Source of the DNA: Candidatus Microgenomates bacterium
Lineage (GTDB): Bacteria; Patescibacteriota; Microgenomatia; UBA12405; UBA6130
Assembly (NCBI GenBank): GCA_015485895.1
Contig: WFSR01000012.1
Span: 3,201-67,200, forward strand
Reading direction: 5' to 3'
DNA length: 64,000 bases
This document shows, piece after piece, positions 18,473 through 27,028 of the stretch; positions within the stretch are counted from its first letter, which is position 1; the number at the start of each line of letters is the position of its first letter. The translations under genes and the position numbers were made by a program. Under the pieces are notes generated by a model. That model saw only the letters and a program-made list of their open reading frames with translations. It made no database searches and was not told where the DNA came from.

Positions 18473-19647
18473 AAAAAATTAAAGTATTAATAGCTAGCGA
18501 AACTTATCCACCAGATGTCAATGGCGCTGCAAGATTTACAGAAAATTTAGCTAAAGGCTTGGTATCAAGAGGACATAGCGTTGTGGTTATTGCTCCAGGA
18601 ACAAGATTTAGAGATGAGACAAGCAAGGAAAATATCAATCTTAAGGTATTTAGAATTGCATCAATTTCATTAAAACCTATACATCCCTATTTCAGAGCTG
18701 TTTTTCCAGAGGGTTTATATGGGAAAATTAAAAAAATTATAAAAGATTTTAATCCGGATATTATTCATATTCAGAATCATTTTCTTCTGGGGAGAACCTG
18801 CTTGAAAATAGCCAGAGAAAATGAAATACCTATAATAGGGACGAACCATTTTATGCCAGATAACTTATTAGAATATATACCCAAAATAGCCCATCCTTAC
18901 ATATCAAAGTATATGTGGAGTGATTTTATAAAAGTCTATAGTCAGCTAGATTATGTTACTGTTCCTTCTTATACCGCAGCAAGTATGCTAAAAAGATTAG
19001 GATTAAAAAATCAAGTCAAAGTGATTTCCAATGGGATTGATTTAAAGAAATTTAAGAATGTTAGGGTGAGTAATCGTGTCTACGTTAAATTCAAAATAAG
19101 GAAAGATTTATTTACTTTCATTTTTGTTGGCCGACTTGAGAAAGATAAAAACATTGATTTGGTCCTTGAAGCATCAAAACTGGCTATCAAAAAGAAGCCT
19201 TTTCAGGTTATTATTGTGGGCAAAGGGGCGGATGGGGAAAAACTGCAAAGATTATCAAGAGAATTAGGTTTGGGCAGAGAAATAATTTTTACCGGAGAAG
19301 TAAATAATAGCGAGTTAAATCAATTGCTTAGTTTAGCTCATGCATATATTGCCTCCGGTTCTGCCGAACTTCAGGGGATAGCAGTTATGGAAGCTATGGC
19401 TCATAAACTACCAATCTTAGCTCTTAACGCCGTTGCCTTACCTGAATTGGTTAAAGATGGAGTAAATGGCTTTCTCTTCAAGTTAGATAGCAATGATTTA
19501 GCTAAGAAAATGCTTAAGTTATTATCTCTTGACTCACAAAAATTGAAATTAATGGGCAAAAACAGTTTTGGAATTATTAAGCTACATAGTCAAGAAGAAA
19601 CATTAAAGAAGTTTGAAGATCTTTATAAAAAGGTAATAGGGAGCTAA
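18469..19647 (+). CDS. GT4 glycosyltransferase (glycolipid synthase-like)
   Basis: SETYPPDVNGAA, FVGRLEKDK and ELQGIAVMEAMA. Confidence 0.9.
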   Translation: MKKIKVLIASETYPPDVNGAARFTENLAKGLVSRGHSVVVIAPGTRFRDETSKENINLKVFRIASISLKPIHPYFRAVFPEGLYGKIKKIIKDFNPDIIHIQNHFLLGRTCLKIARENEIPIIGTNHFMPDNLLEYIPKIAHPYISKYMWSDFIKVYSQLDYVTVPSYTAASMLKRLGLKNQVKVISNGIDLKKFKNVRVSNRVYVKFKIRKDLFTFIFVGRLEKDKNIDLVLEASKLAIKKKPFQVIIVGKGADGEKLQRLSRELGLGREIIFTGEVNNSELNQLLSLAHAYIASGSAELQGIAVMEAMAHKLPILALNAVALPELVKDGVNGFLFKLDSNDLAKKMLKLLSLDSQKLKLMGKNSFGIIKLHSQEETLKKFEDLYKKVIGS

Positions 19648-19648
19648 C

Positions 19649-20086
19649 TGTTGAGGATCAAATAAACGTTCACACCTTCTGTTGAGTTATCAACACCTTG
19701 TCATCCCGCCCTTTCGTGAGAAAGAGCGGGATCTTCAGGGAGTGTGCCATCAATAATGGTGGTACGCCACCCAGCTGAAGATGAGCCCCCAAAGCTCCGA
19801 CGTGCGTCGGGGCGGGGCGGGCAAGTTCAACATGACGAGATATAAATTAAAAGCACCAAATCCCAAGCACCAATTTCCAAACAAATCCTAAATCCTAATG
19901 ACCCAAATCCTAAACCCCGACGTTCATCGGGGCAGGCAATAACCAAATTACCAAACGATTAAATGACCAAAACAAAAGAAAGATGATAAAGATGTTTTGA
20001 ACATTTGGATTTTGGTCATTTGAACATTATTTAGGATTTAGGATTTTGGTATTGTTTGTAATTTGGTGCTTGGAATTTGGAATTTG
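19649..20086. repeat. Composite repeat element, copy 2 (tgttgaggatcaaa head, gtcat...atgac REP-like pair, heptamer palindrome)
   Basis: Colinear similarity to 29894-30277 along its length. Contains nested ccgac/tcggg hairpins. Confidence 0.85.
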
Positions 20087-20097
20087 TTTTTTCTGGG

Positions 20098-20169
20098 TGC
20101 CGCCAGTGGGAATCGAACCCGCCTTTTCACCTTGAAAGGGTGATGTCCTAGCCGATAGACGATGGCGGC
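20098..20169 (-). tRNA. tRNA-Glu(TTC)
   Basis: Reverse complement GCCGCCA...TCACC-CTTTCAA-GGTGA...GTTCGATTCC...TGGCGGCA cloverleaf. Confidence 0.95.
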
Positions 20170-20195
20170 TTGCCCGATTATAGCATGACGCTTGC

Positions 20196-20257
20196 TTGAC
20201 AAAAAGGAAAAAATAGGCTACAAATGGTGTGAGGTGGCACAAAATGGCAAAAAGTGG
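20196..20257 (+). promoter_or_regulatory. mraZ promoter with four RTGG boxes at 10-bp spacing (putative MraZ operator)
   Basis: TTGACA at 20196, 17 bp spacer, TACAAA. ATGG/GTGG boxes at 20224, 20234, 20244 and 20254. Confidence 0.7.
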
Positions 20258-20687
20258 TGAATTACTTTTAGGACAATACCAGGCAACAGTAACCGCAAAG
20301 GGTCGCCTTGCTTTCCCCAAAAAATTACGCCAACTTTTAGGCTCCCGGATCATTATTACCCGTGGCTATGATAGTTGTCTTTTGGCGATGAGCTATGGCG
20401 AGTGGGAAAAAATGACCCGCCAATTGGGCAACCATCTCCCAATTTGGGAAGCATCTCGCGAGACGAGCCGTTTTCTTTTTGGTAATGCGGCGGAAATAAT
20501 CTTTGACAAACAAGGCCGCTTTATTTTGCCTCCCCATTTGCGCCGTTATAGTCAGATCAAAGACAAAGTTATTTTTCTGGGCCTGAACCGTTATGTTGAG
20601 ATTTGGGATGCCCGCCGCTGGCAGCGATATCAACAATATCTGAGCCGCAATATTAAAAGTATTTCCGAGAAATTGACCCATGAATAA
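20244..20687 (+). CDS. mraZ: Division/cell wall cluster repressor MraZ
   Basis: GQY...KGRLAFP, DKQGRFILP and VEIWD. Located first in the dcw cluster. Confidence 0.95.
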   Translation: MAKSGELLLGQYQATVTAKGRLAFPKKLRQLLGSRIIITRGYDSCLLAMSYGEWEKMTRQLGNHLPIWEASRETSRFLFGNAAEIIFDKQGRFILPPHLRRYSQIKDKVIFLGLNRYVEIWDARRWQRYQQYLSRNIKSISEKLTHE

Positions 20688-21573
20688 AAATATTTTTCGC
20701 TCTCGCCATCAGCCGGTTTTATTAGCGCTGGCGATGAGATATCTGGATCCCAAACCGGGAGAGCGTTATCTTGATGCCACCTTAGGTGGGGGAAGTTACA
20801 GCTATGCCCTTTATCAAAAAGGCGCCCAGGTGCTTTCTTTAGATTGGGATCCGCTCATGATTCAGCAAGCCAAGGAGCATTATCCCTGCCCCAATGCTTC
20901 TTGGCATTTGCGCTTGGCTAATTTTGCCGACTTAGCCCAAATTTGCCGGGAGGAAAAATTTTGTCCCTTAAGGGGGGTTGTTTTTGATTTGGGGTTAACC
21001 AAGTGGCACTATCAATTGGGGCGGGGATTTTCTTTTCAGGAAGGTGCCCCCTTAGATATGCGTTTAAATCCCGAGTTGCCACAAACAGCGGCCGATATTA
21101 TTACCACCTCTTCGTTAGCCCAGCTAGAAAAGTGGCTTTTACAGATTGGCCAAGAACAATTTGCCTCCGAAATTGCTCGTTTTTTAAAAAAGGCAGTTGG
21201 TCAGGACTTGATGGCTGCTGATATTGCTGAGGGTATTGCCAAGATTTACCAGCGCCATCATGTTTCCCCGCGGAATAATCCGGCCACCAAAACATTTTTG
21301 GTTTTGCGTATCTTGGTGAATCGGGAGATAGAGAACTTAGAGAAAGGACTAGAGGGGGCGCTAGTAAGTTTGGCACCCCGAGGGCGGTTGGTAGTAATTA
21401 GTTTTCATTCTGGTGAGGACCGTTTAGTTAAGCAATTTTTTCGTCGCCAGGAAAAAGAAGGACGCTTAAAAATTTTAACTAAAAAAGCCCAACGGCCCAC
21501 CGCCGCCGAGGTCGAGCAAAATCCTCTGGCGCGCAGTGCTTGCCTTAGGGCAGCTGAAAAAAATGAAAACTAA
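20680..21573 (+). CDS. rsmH: 16S rRNA m4C1402 methyltransferase
   Basis: HQPVLL, DATLGGG, RGFSF...PLDMR, ISFHSGEDRLVK and NPLARSA. Confidence 0.95.
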   Translation: MNKNIFRSRHQPVLLALAMRYLDPKPGERYLDATLGGGSYSYALYQKGAQVLSLDWDPLMIQQAKEHYPCPNASWHLRLANFADLAQICREEKFCPLRGVVFDLGLTKWHYQLGRGFSFQEGAPLDMRLNPELPQTAADIITTSSLAQLEKWLLQIGQEQFASEIARFLKKAVGQDLMAADIAEGIAKIYQRHHVSPRNNPATKTFLVLRILVNREIENLEKGLEGALVSLAPRGRLVVISFHSGEDRLVKQFFRRQEKEGRLKILTKKAQRPTAAEVEQNPLARSACLRAAEKNEN

Positions 21574-21838
21574 GCAAAAAATTTTAGTTCTGCTTTTTGT
21601 CCTTAGTCAAATTGGGCTTTGGCTTTGGTGTCGCAACCGGAATTTTGATTTAGCTGTAGATTTGGCTAATTTAAGATGCCAAAAGCAATCGTTGATAACT
21701 ACTGTGGACCGTCAAGAAAATCAGTTAGCTAGAGCAACATCTTTACAAGAATTGACCAAAATGGCTGGTAAGCTGGATATCGGATTAGTCGAGCACTTTT
21801 GGCAGATTTCAAAGGAAACAATTGCTTGGCGGCAATGA
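21563..21838 (+). CDS. FtsL-like cell division protein
   Basis: One TM segment plus coiled coil, located between rsmH and the PBP gene. Start taken at ATG 21563. Confidence 0.6.
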   Translation: MKTKQKILVLLFVLSQIGLWLWCRNRNFDLAVDLANLRCQKQSLITTVDRQENQLARATSLQELTKMAGKLDIGLVEHFWQISKETIAWRQ

Positions 21839-23538
21839 AAAGGAACGGCAAGCGTCTTGTTTTTTTGAGCCTTTTCTTTTTCTTTTGGCTGGCAGCAATT
21901 TTAGGTCGTCTTTTTTATTGGCAAGTATTGGCTAAAAATCATTTTTATGATGCTTTGGTAGACAGAAAAGAAAATAAAAGGGTGATTTCTGCTGCTCGAG
22001 GGAAAATTTATAGCCGGGATGGCTTCCCACTGGTAAGTAATAAGATAATTTACTCTCTTTTTTTATGGCGGCCGGCGTTAAGAATTAATCTTTCAGAACT
22101 TTTTAAGAAGGTCAGTCCAATTATTTTTTATCCTGCTAATAAGGAGAATCAAGAGAAAAAAGAGCTTCTAAAAAAAGTGCTGCATCAGCCGGCCCAAAAA
22201 TGGATTGCCTTGGCGCAGAATTTAAATTACGGTCAATATCAAGCTCTTCACGATTTGCATCTTTCCGGCTTGCAATTCCAATTACGCCGGCAACGATTTT
22301 ATCCTGAAGGTTCGATGGCCGCTCATCTTTTGGGTTTTGTGGGGCGGGATGAGTTAGGACAACCCCGAGGGTACTTTGGTTTGGAAGGTTTTTATCAAGA
22401 ACAACTAGCTGGATTAATGGGAGTTCAGCAATCTGGTTTTTGGCATTTCCTAAATTATGATAATAAAGATGTCGCTCCGCGCCAAGGCCGGGATCTTTAT
22501 CTCTTTTTAGACCGCGGGGTGCAATTTATCGCTGATCAAGCCTTGGCTGCCGGCGTCCACCGTTATGGAGCTAAGGGAGGATGGGTGGTGATTTTGGATA
22601 GCCGCTCGGGAGCAATTTTAGCATTGGCCACTTGGCCTAAATATGATCCTTCTAGATATGAACAGTATTCTTACCAACGTTTTCTCGATCCAGTTATCTC
22701 AGCTTCCTTTGAACCTGGATCAATTTTTAAACCATTGGTTATGGCGGCAGCTTTAAATGAAAGCGTAGTTAAACCGGAAAGCCGTTGTCCTTGCCAGGGG
22801 CCTATTCGTATTGGCAAGTATGAAATTAAGACCTGGAATGAGGTCTATCATCCTAATTCAACAATGACCGATATCATTAAAAATTCTGATAACGTGGGGA
22901 TGGTGTATGTGGCCCGCCAGCTGGGGGCGAAGAAACTGTTTGCTTATTTGCAAAGGTATCACTTGACCAAAAAAACAGGCATTGATCTTCAAGGAGAAAT
23001 GTTGCCGTTGCTTAAATCTCCAGACCATTGGTATCCGATTGATTTAGCTACTATTTCTTTTGGTCAGGGTATTGCTGTAACTCCAATTCAGTTTATTACT
23101 GCCTTTAATGCTTTGGCTGATGGGGGAGTAGTTTACCAGCCGCGAGTTGTAGCTAGAATTGTGGCTGGGCATAAGGTATTTTTCACACGAAAACATATCT
23201 TGGGGCGGCCTCTTAAAGCGCAAACTTGCCGAGAAATAAAAGAAATGCTGGTCACTGCTGTTAATGAAGGAGAAGCAAAATGGACGCGGTTATCTGGTTA
23301 TAAAATTGCCGGCAAAACAGGGACGGCACAAATTCCTTTAAAAGGGCATTATGCCAAGAAGAAAACGATCGCTTCATTTGCTGGTTTTGCTCCAGCTGAC
23401 AATCCTCGGTTTACTATGCTGGTGAGCTTGCAAGAGCCGACAAGCTCACCTTGGGGGTCGGAAACAGCCGCTCCTCTCTGGTTTCAAATTGCCCGCCAAC
23501 TTTTTACTTATTGGGGTATCCAACCGCAGGGTAGCTGA
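21835..23538 (+). CDS. ftsI: Class B penicillin-binding protein (FtsI-like)
   Basis: RGKIYSRDG, EPGSIFK (SxxK), SDN, KTGTAQ and dcw position. Confidence 0.9.
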   Translation: MKRNGKRLVFLSLFFFFWLAAILGRLFYWQVLAKNHFYDALVDRKENKRVISAARGKIYSRDGFPLVSNKIIYSLFLWRPALRINLSELFKKVSPIIFYPANKENQEKKELLKKVLHQPAQKWIALAQNLNYGQYQALHDLHLSGLQFQLRRQRFYPEGSMAAHLLGFVGRDELGQPRGYFGLEGFYQEQLAGLMGVQQSGFWHFLNYDNKDVAPRQGRDLYLFLDRGVQFIADQALAAGVHRYGAKGGWVVILDSRSGAILALATWPKYDPSRYEQYSYQRFLDPVISASFEPGSIFKPLVMAAALNESVVKPESRCPCQGPIRIGKYEIKTWNEVYHPNSTMTDIIKNSDNVGMVYVARQLGAKKLFAYLQRYHLTKKTGIDLQGEMLPLLKSPDHWYPIDLATISFGQGIAVTPIQFITAFNALADGGVVYQPRVVARIVAGHKVFFTRKHILGRPLKAQTCREIKEMLVTAVNEGEAKWTRLSGYKIAGKTGTAQIPLKGHYAKKKTIASFAGFAPADNPRFTMLVSLQEPTSSPWGSETAAPLWFQIARQLFTYWGIQPQGS

Positions 23539-23567
23539 TGGTTCTCGTGCTATAATTAATCTAATTA

Positions 23568-24881
23568 ATGACTAATTGGTTCCAGTGGTTTAAAAACCAG
23601 TTTTTTCATTTACCCCAGGCGATTTTTGCAAATTGGCGCTACGGTTGGCCTAGTCACCATCTTAATTTTATTGGTGTTACTGGAACCGATGGCAAAACAA
23701 CAACTACGCTTTTAATCTATCATCTCTTGCGTGAAGCGGGTCTAGCATCCGGTTATGTTTCTACAATTGCTGCTCATATTGGTGAGGAACATGAGCCAAC
23801 TGGCCTGCATGTAACTTCACCGCCGCCGGCTAAGTTGCAAAAATGGTTAGCGAGGATGGCTCGGGAACAACCAGATAAATGGGTGGTTCTCGAAGCGACT
23901 TCGCATGGTTTGGATCAATACCGTCTTTGGGGTATCCATTTTCAAAAAGCTGTTTTCACTAATTTAACTCATGAGCATCTTGATTACCACCGAACGATGA
24001 AAAATTATTTCCAAGCAAAAATGCGACTTCTTTGCCATGCTGAGCGCCTTTTTATTAATGGCGATTTAGACCAGAAACTTTTAGTAGATGTTAGAAAGAG
24101 GTGCCGTTCGAAAAAAATTTTCTTTTATGGACGAAAGCGGGATAATATTTGGCAGGTGAGAAATGTTCATCTTGAATTTGGGCGGACGGCGTTTGACCTT
24201 TATTTACATCACCAAAAACAAGGGCACTTCCAAAGTAGATTGACAGGTACTTTTAATCTTTATAATCAAGTTGCTGCTTTAGCGACTGTTTTAGACCAAC
24301 ATTTAGTTTCGATTAACCAAGCTAGAACTGCCTTAGGAACTTTTATCCCGCCCCAGGGACGGATGGAAATTGTTGTTCGAGAACCATTTTTGGTAATGAT
24401 TGATTTTGCCCATACTCCCAATGCTTTGGAACAATTGTTGCGCTCCTTACGTCAATTGCATCCTGGCCGGCTTTTGGTGATTTTTGGCGCTGCTGGTGAG
24501 CGAGATCGGGGAAAACGCCCCTTAATGGGGAAAATTGCTGCTCACTGGGCTGATATTGCCGTTTTAACCTCCGAAGATCCGCGTAGCGAAGATCCTCAGG
24601 CTATTATTAAGACCATTGCTCGGGGTTGCCGGCAGGGAAAAATGTGCCGGGCCAAGAAAAAAGATGCCCGGCTAGTGCAACAGGGAAAAAAGAAAAAGGT
24701 CTTTTTCCAAATCGAAAATCGCCAAGAAGCTATTAATTTTGCTTTGCGCCGTTTAGCGCGGCCGGGAGATTTGGTAGTCCTTTGCGGCAAAGGCCATGAA
24801 CAATCTATTTGTTATGGTCATCAAGAATATCCTTGGTCAGAGCACCAGGCGGTTAAAGTAGCGTTGGGGCAGAAACAATGA
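23568..24881 (+). CDS. murE: UDP-MurNAc-dipeptide amino-acid ligase MurE
   Basis: GVTGTDGKTTT, EATSHGLDQ, TNLTHEHLDYH, DFAHTP and GKGHE. Confidence 0.93.
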   Translation: MTNWFQWFKNQFFHLPQAIFANWRYGWPSHHLNFIGVTGTDGKTTTTLLIYHLLREAGLASGYVSTIAAHIGEEHEPTGLHVTSPPPAKLQKWLARMAREQPDKWVVLEATSHGLDQYRLWGIHFQKAVFTNLTHEHLDYHRTMKNYFQAKMRLLCHAERLFINGDLDQKLLVDVRKRCRSKKIFFYGRKRDNIWQVRNVHLEFGRTAFDLYLHHQKQGHFQSRLTGTFNLYNQVAALATVLDQHLVSINQARTALGTFIPPQGRMEIVVREPFLVMIDFAHTPNALEQLLRSLRQLHPGRLLVIFGAAGERDRGKRPLMGKIAAHWADIAVLTSEDPRSEDPQAIIKTIARGCRQGKMCRAKKKDARLVQQGKKKKVFFQIENRQEAINFALRRLARPGDLVVLCGKGHEQSICYGHQEYPWSEHQAVKVALGQKQ

Positions 24882-25630
24882 GGCTAATCTTTTCGCCTTT
24901 TAAGGCTGATTATTGGAGATACCAGTTTCCTTATCAGGTTTTGCTTTGGCGAGAGGCAGGCGACAGTTTAGCAAAAATTTATGCTTTAGGTTTTTTGCCT
25001 TTTCGCCAGCGCCAAGATTTATTTTATTTAAGTCGGAGCTGTCGGAGCAATCTCCGGCGAGGTCAATTTTCTTCAGAAAATCGGCGAATTTTGGCACGGA
25101 CGAAAGGCTTTCACTTTTCCCTGCAGAAAATTAGCCCTCCTTTGTTGCCGGAAAAACAAAAACTCTTGCGTGATTGGGCTCGGGGAGCAGGCTGGGATAT
25201 TAAAACGCCGACCTTAAAGAAGCTTTGGCAGGGAAAATTTTTTAATTATCAGCTGGTTATTAGCTGGCAAAAGCAACCGGTTAGTTATTCTCTTTTGTTA
25301 GTTCAACCACCTATTGCCCATTGGGCCTATGTCTTTTTAAATCCGGAATACCGTCAAAAAAATTTGGCTATTGCCAGTGGATTATTTCTAATTCGCTGGG
25401 CCCGCCAACAAAATTTAGACTATCTTTATTTGGGAACTTGTTATGGGCGTTTGAATTATAAGCGCAATTTTCCCGGCTTAGAATTTTTTAATGGCCTTTA
25501 TTGGTCGGATAATCAGAAGGAATTGCGCTGGCTTTTGCAAGAAAATTGGTCAGGCTACCTTTGGCAGGATACGGGGTGGCGCCAGAAATTAGAACGGTGG
25601 TTGGCAAAAACAGACAAAGAGAAGGGTTAA
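24878..25630 (+). CDS. Aminoacyl-tRNA-protein transferase (Ate1/Bpt)-like protein
   Basis: N-terminal 'GF...FY..R..R.....FSSENRRIL' and C-terminal 'YVFLNP...WARQQNLDYLYLG....YK..F' resemble ATE_N/ATE_C. Confidence 0.6.
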   Translation: MRLIFSPFKADYWRYQFPYQVLLWREAGDSLAKIYALGFLPFRQRQDLFYLSRSCRSNLRRGQFSSENRRILARTKGFHFSLQKISPPLLPEKQKLLRDWARGAGWDIKTPTLKKLWQGKFFNYQLVISWQKQPVSYSLLLVQPPIAHWAYVFLNPEYRQKNLAIASGLFLIRWARQQNLDYLYLGTCYGRLNYKRNFPGLEFFNGLYWSDNQKELRWLLQENWSGYLWQDTGWRQKLERWLAKTDKEKG

Positions 25631-27028
25631 ATGAAGAAAAAGAAAGTTTATATCATTGGGATTGTGGGGACCATTGGTACCGGGTTGGCCCGAGCTTTTA
25701 AGAAAGCAGGGTGGAAGGTTAGCGGGTCGGACCAGGAAAATGTCTTCCCCCCTTTAACAACCGCTCTAGCTCGGGCAAAAATTCCTTTTTATCGGGGTTA
25801 TGCTGCTCATCATGTTCCTCGGGATGCTGATTTGGTTTTGGTAGGCGGCAGCGCTTTGGTAATCGATCGCCACAACCCGGAATATTTGCAGGCGCAAAAA
25901 TATCATTTGCCTATTCTTAACCACGCTGAGGCGATAGCCCGTTTTGTGGTGAAAAAAAATTCTCTGGTAGTGGCTGGTAGTTATGGCAAGACAACAATCA
26001 CTTCTCTGTTGGTAACCATTTTAAAAGAAGCTCACTATCGGCCGGCTTATATGATTGGTGGCTGGCCACTTAACCGTTGGCCATCATTAGCTTTTTCTGA
26101 AAGCAATTGGTCGATAGTGGAGGGTGATGAGTATTGGATTAACCCGGAAAAACCTCAAGCTAAATTTTTTCTTTATCATCCCCATTATCTTTTGCTTACC
26201 GCGGCCCATTGGGAGCACCCTGATGTCTACTCTCGGCCAGAACTGTATTATCAAGCTTTCCAAAAGCTAGTTCGTTTAGTACCTAGCAATGGTTTAGTGG
26301 TAGCCAATTATTTTGGTGAACATTTAGATTTCCTTCGTCATCGGCAACAGGTGGTGTGGTATTCGAGCCAAAAAGGTAAAGGTGATTGCTTCCTGGCAGC
26401 TTGGCAGCCCCGTTCTCAGAGAATGCAAATAACGGTGAATTGCCAGGGCACAAAAGTTCTTTTTCAATCTCCTCTTTTGGGCAAGCATAATGCTGAAAAT
26501 ATTGTTGCGGCAGTGACCATGGCTCATCATCTGGGTATTAGCTGGCCGGTAGTTAGAAAGGCAATTAGTAAAGCTAAAGGGGTAAAAAGGCGGTTAGAAT
26601 ATCAAGGCACTATTGGGGGAATTACGATTTTTGAGGATTTTTCCCAGACTCCACCGCGGATTAAGGCAGCTTTGCAGGCTCTACGAGATCATTTTCCTCA
26701 GCGGCGCATTTTGGTAGTTTTTTATCCCCACTATAGTGGTTGGCGAGATAAATCTATTTTGAGGGGAATAAAAGGGCTTTTCGGTTTGGCTAATAAAGTT
26801 TGGCTGACGCGAGTCCATTTCGACCGCCGGCCGGCAGCGGAAAGGGTAACTGGTCCGTTAATTGCTAAAGCTTTGGGGGGCGCAAATATTGAATATTGTC
26901 CCGATGACCGAATTCTTGAAAAGAAAGTAAAACAAGAACTTCGGCCTGGCGATGTTTTGGTTTTTATGTCTTCGGGCGGTTTGCGGGGTCTAAAAGAAAG
27001 AGTTATTAATTTTCTAGAGCATCGTTAA
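25631..27028 (+). CDS. MurC/Mpl-family UDP-MurNAc ligase (Mpl-like)
   Basis: IGIVGT..GLA, GSDQENVFPP, AGSYGKTT, EGDEY...KF and GVKRRLE. Confidence 0.85.
   Translation: MKKKKVYIIGIVGTIGTGLARAFKKAGWKVSGSDQENVFPPLTTALARAKIPFYRGYAAHHVPRDADLVLVGGSALVIDRHNPEYLQAQKYHLPILNHAEAIARFVVKKNSLVVAGSYGKTTITSLLVTILKEAHYRPAYMIGGWPLNRWPSLAFSESNWSIVEGDEYWINPEKPQAKFFLYHPHYLLLTAAHWEHPDVYSRPELYYQAFQKLVRLVPSNGLVVANYFGEHLDFLRHRQQVVWYSSQKGKGDCFLAAWQPRSQRMQITVNCQGTKVLFQSPLLGKHNAENIVAAVTMAHHLGISWPVVRKAISKAKGVKRRLEYQGTIGGITIFEDFSQTPPRIKAALQALRDHFPQRRILVVFYPHYSGWRDKSILRGIKGLFGLANKVWLTRVHFDRRPAAERVTGPLIAKALGGANIEYCPDDRILEKKVKQELRPGDVLVFMSSGGLRGLKERVINFLEHR

Noticed and set aside
20027-20353. Minus-strand 108-aa ORF
   Set aside because: It spans antisense mraZ, tRNA-Glu and the repeat. 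The 'QIPNSK' tail is a translated heptamer repeat.
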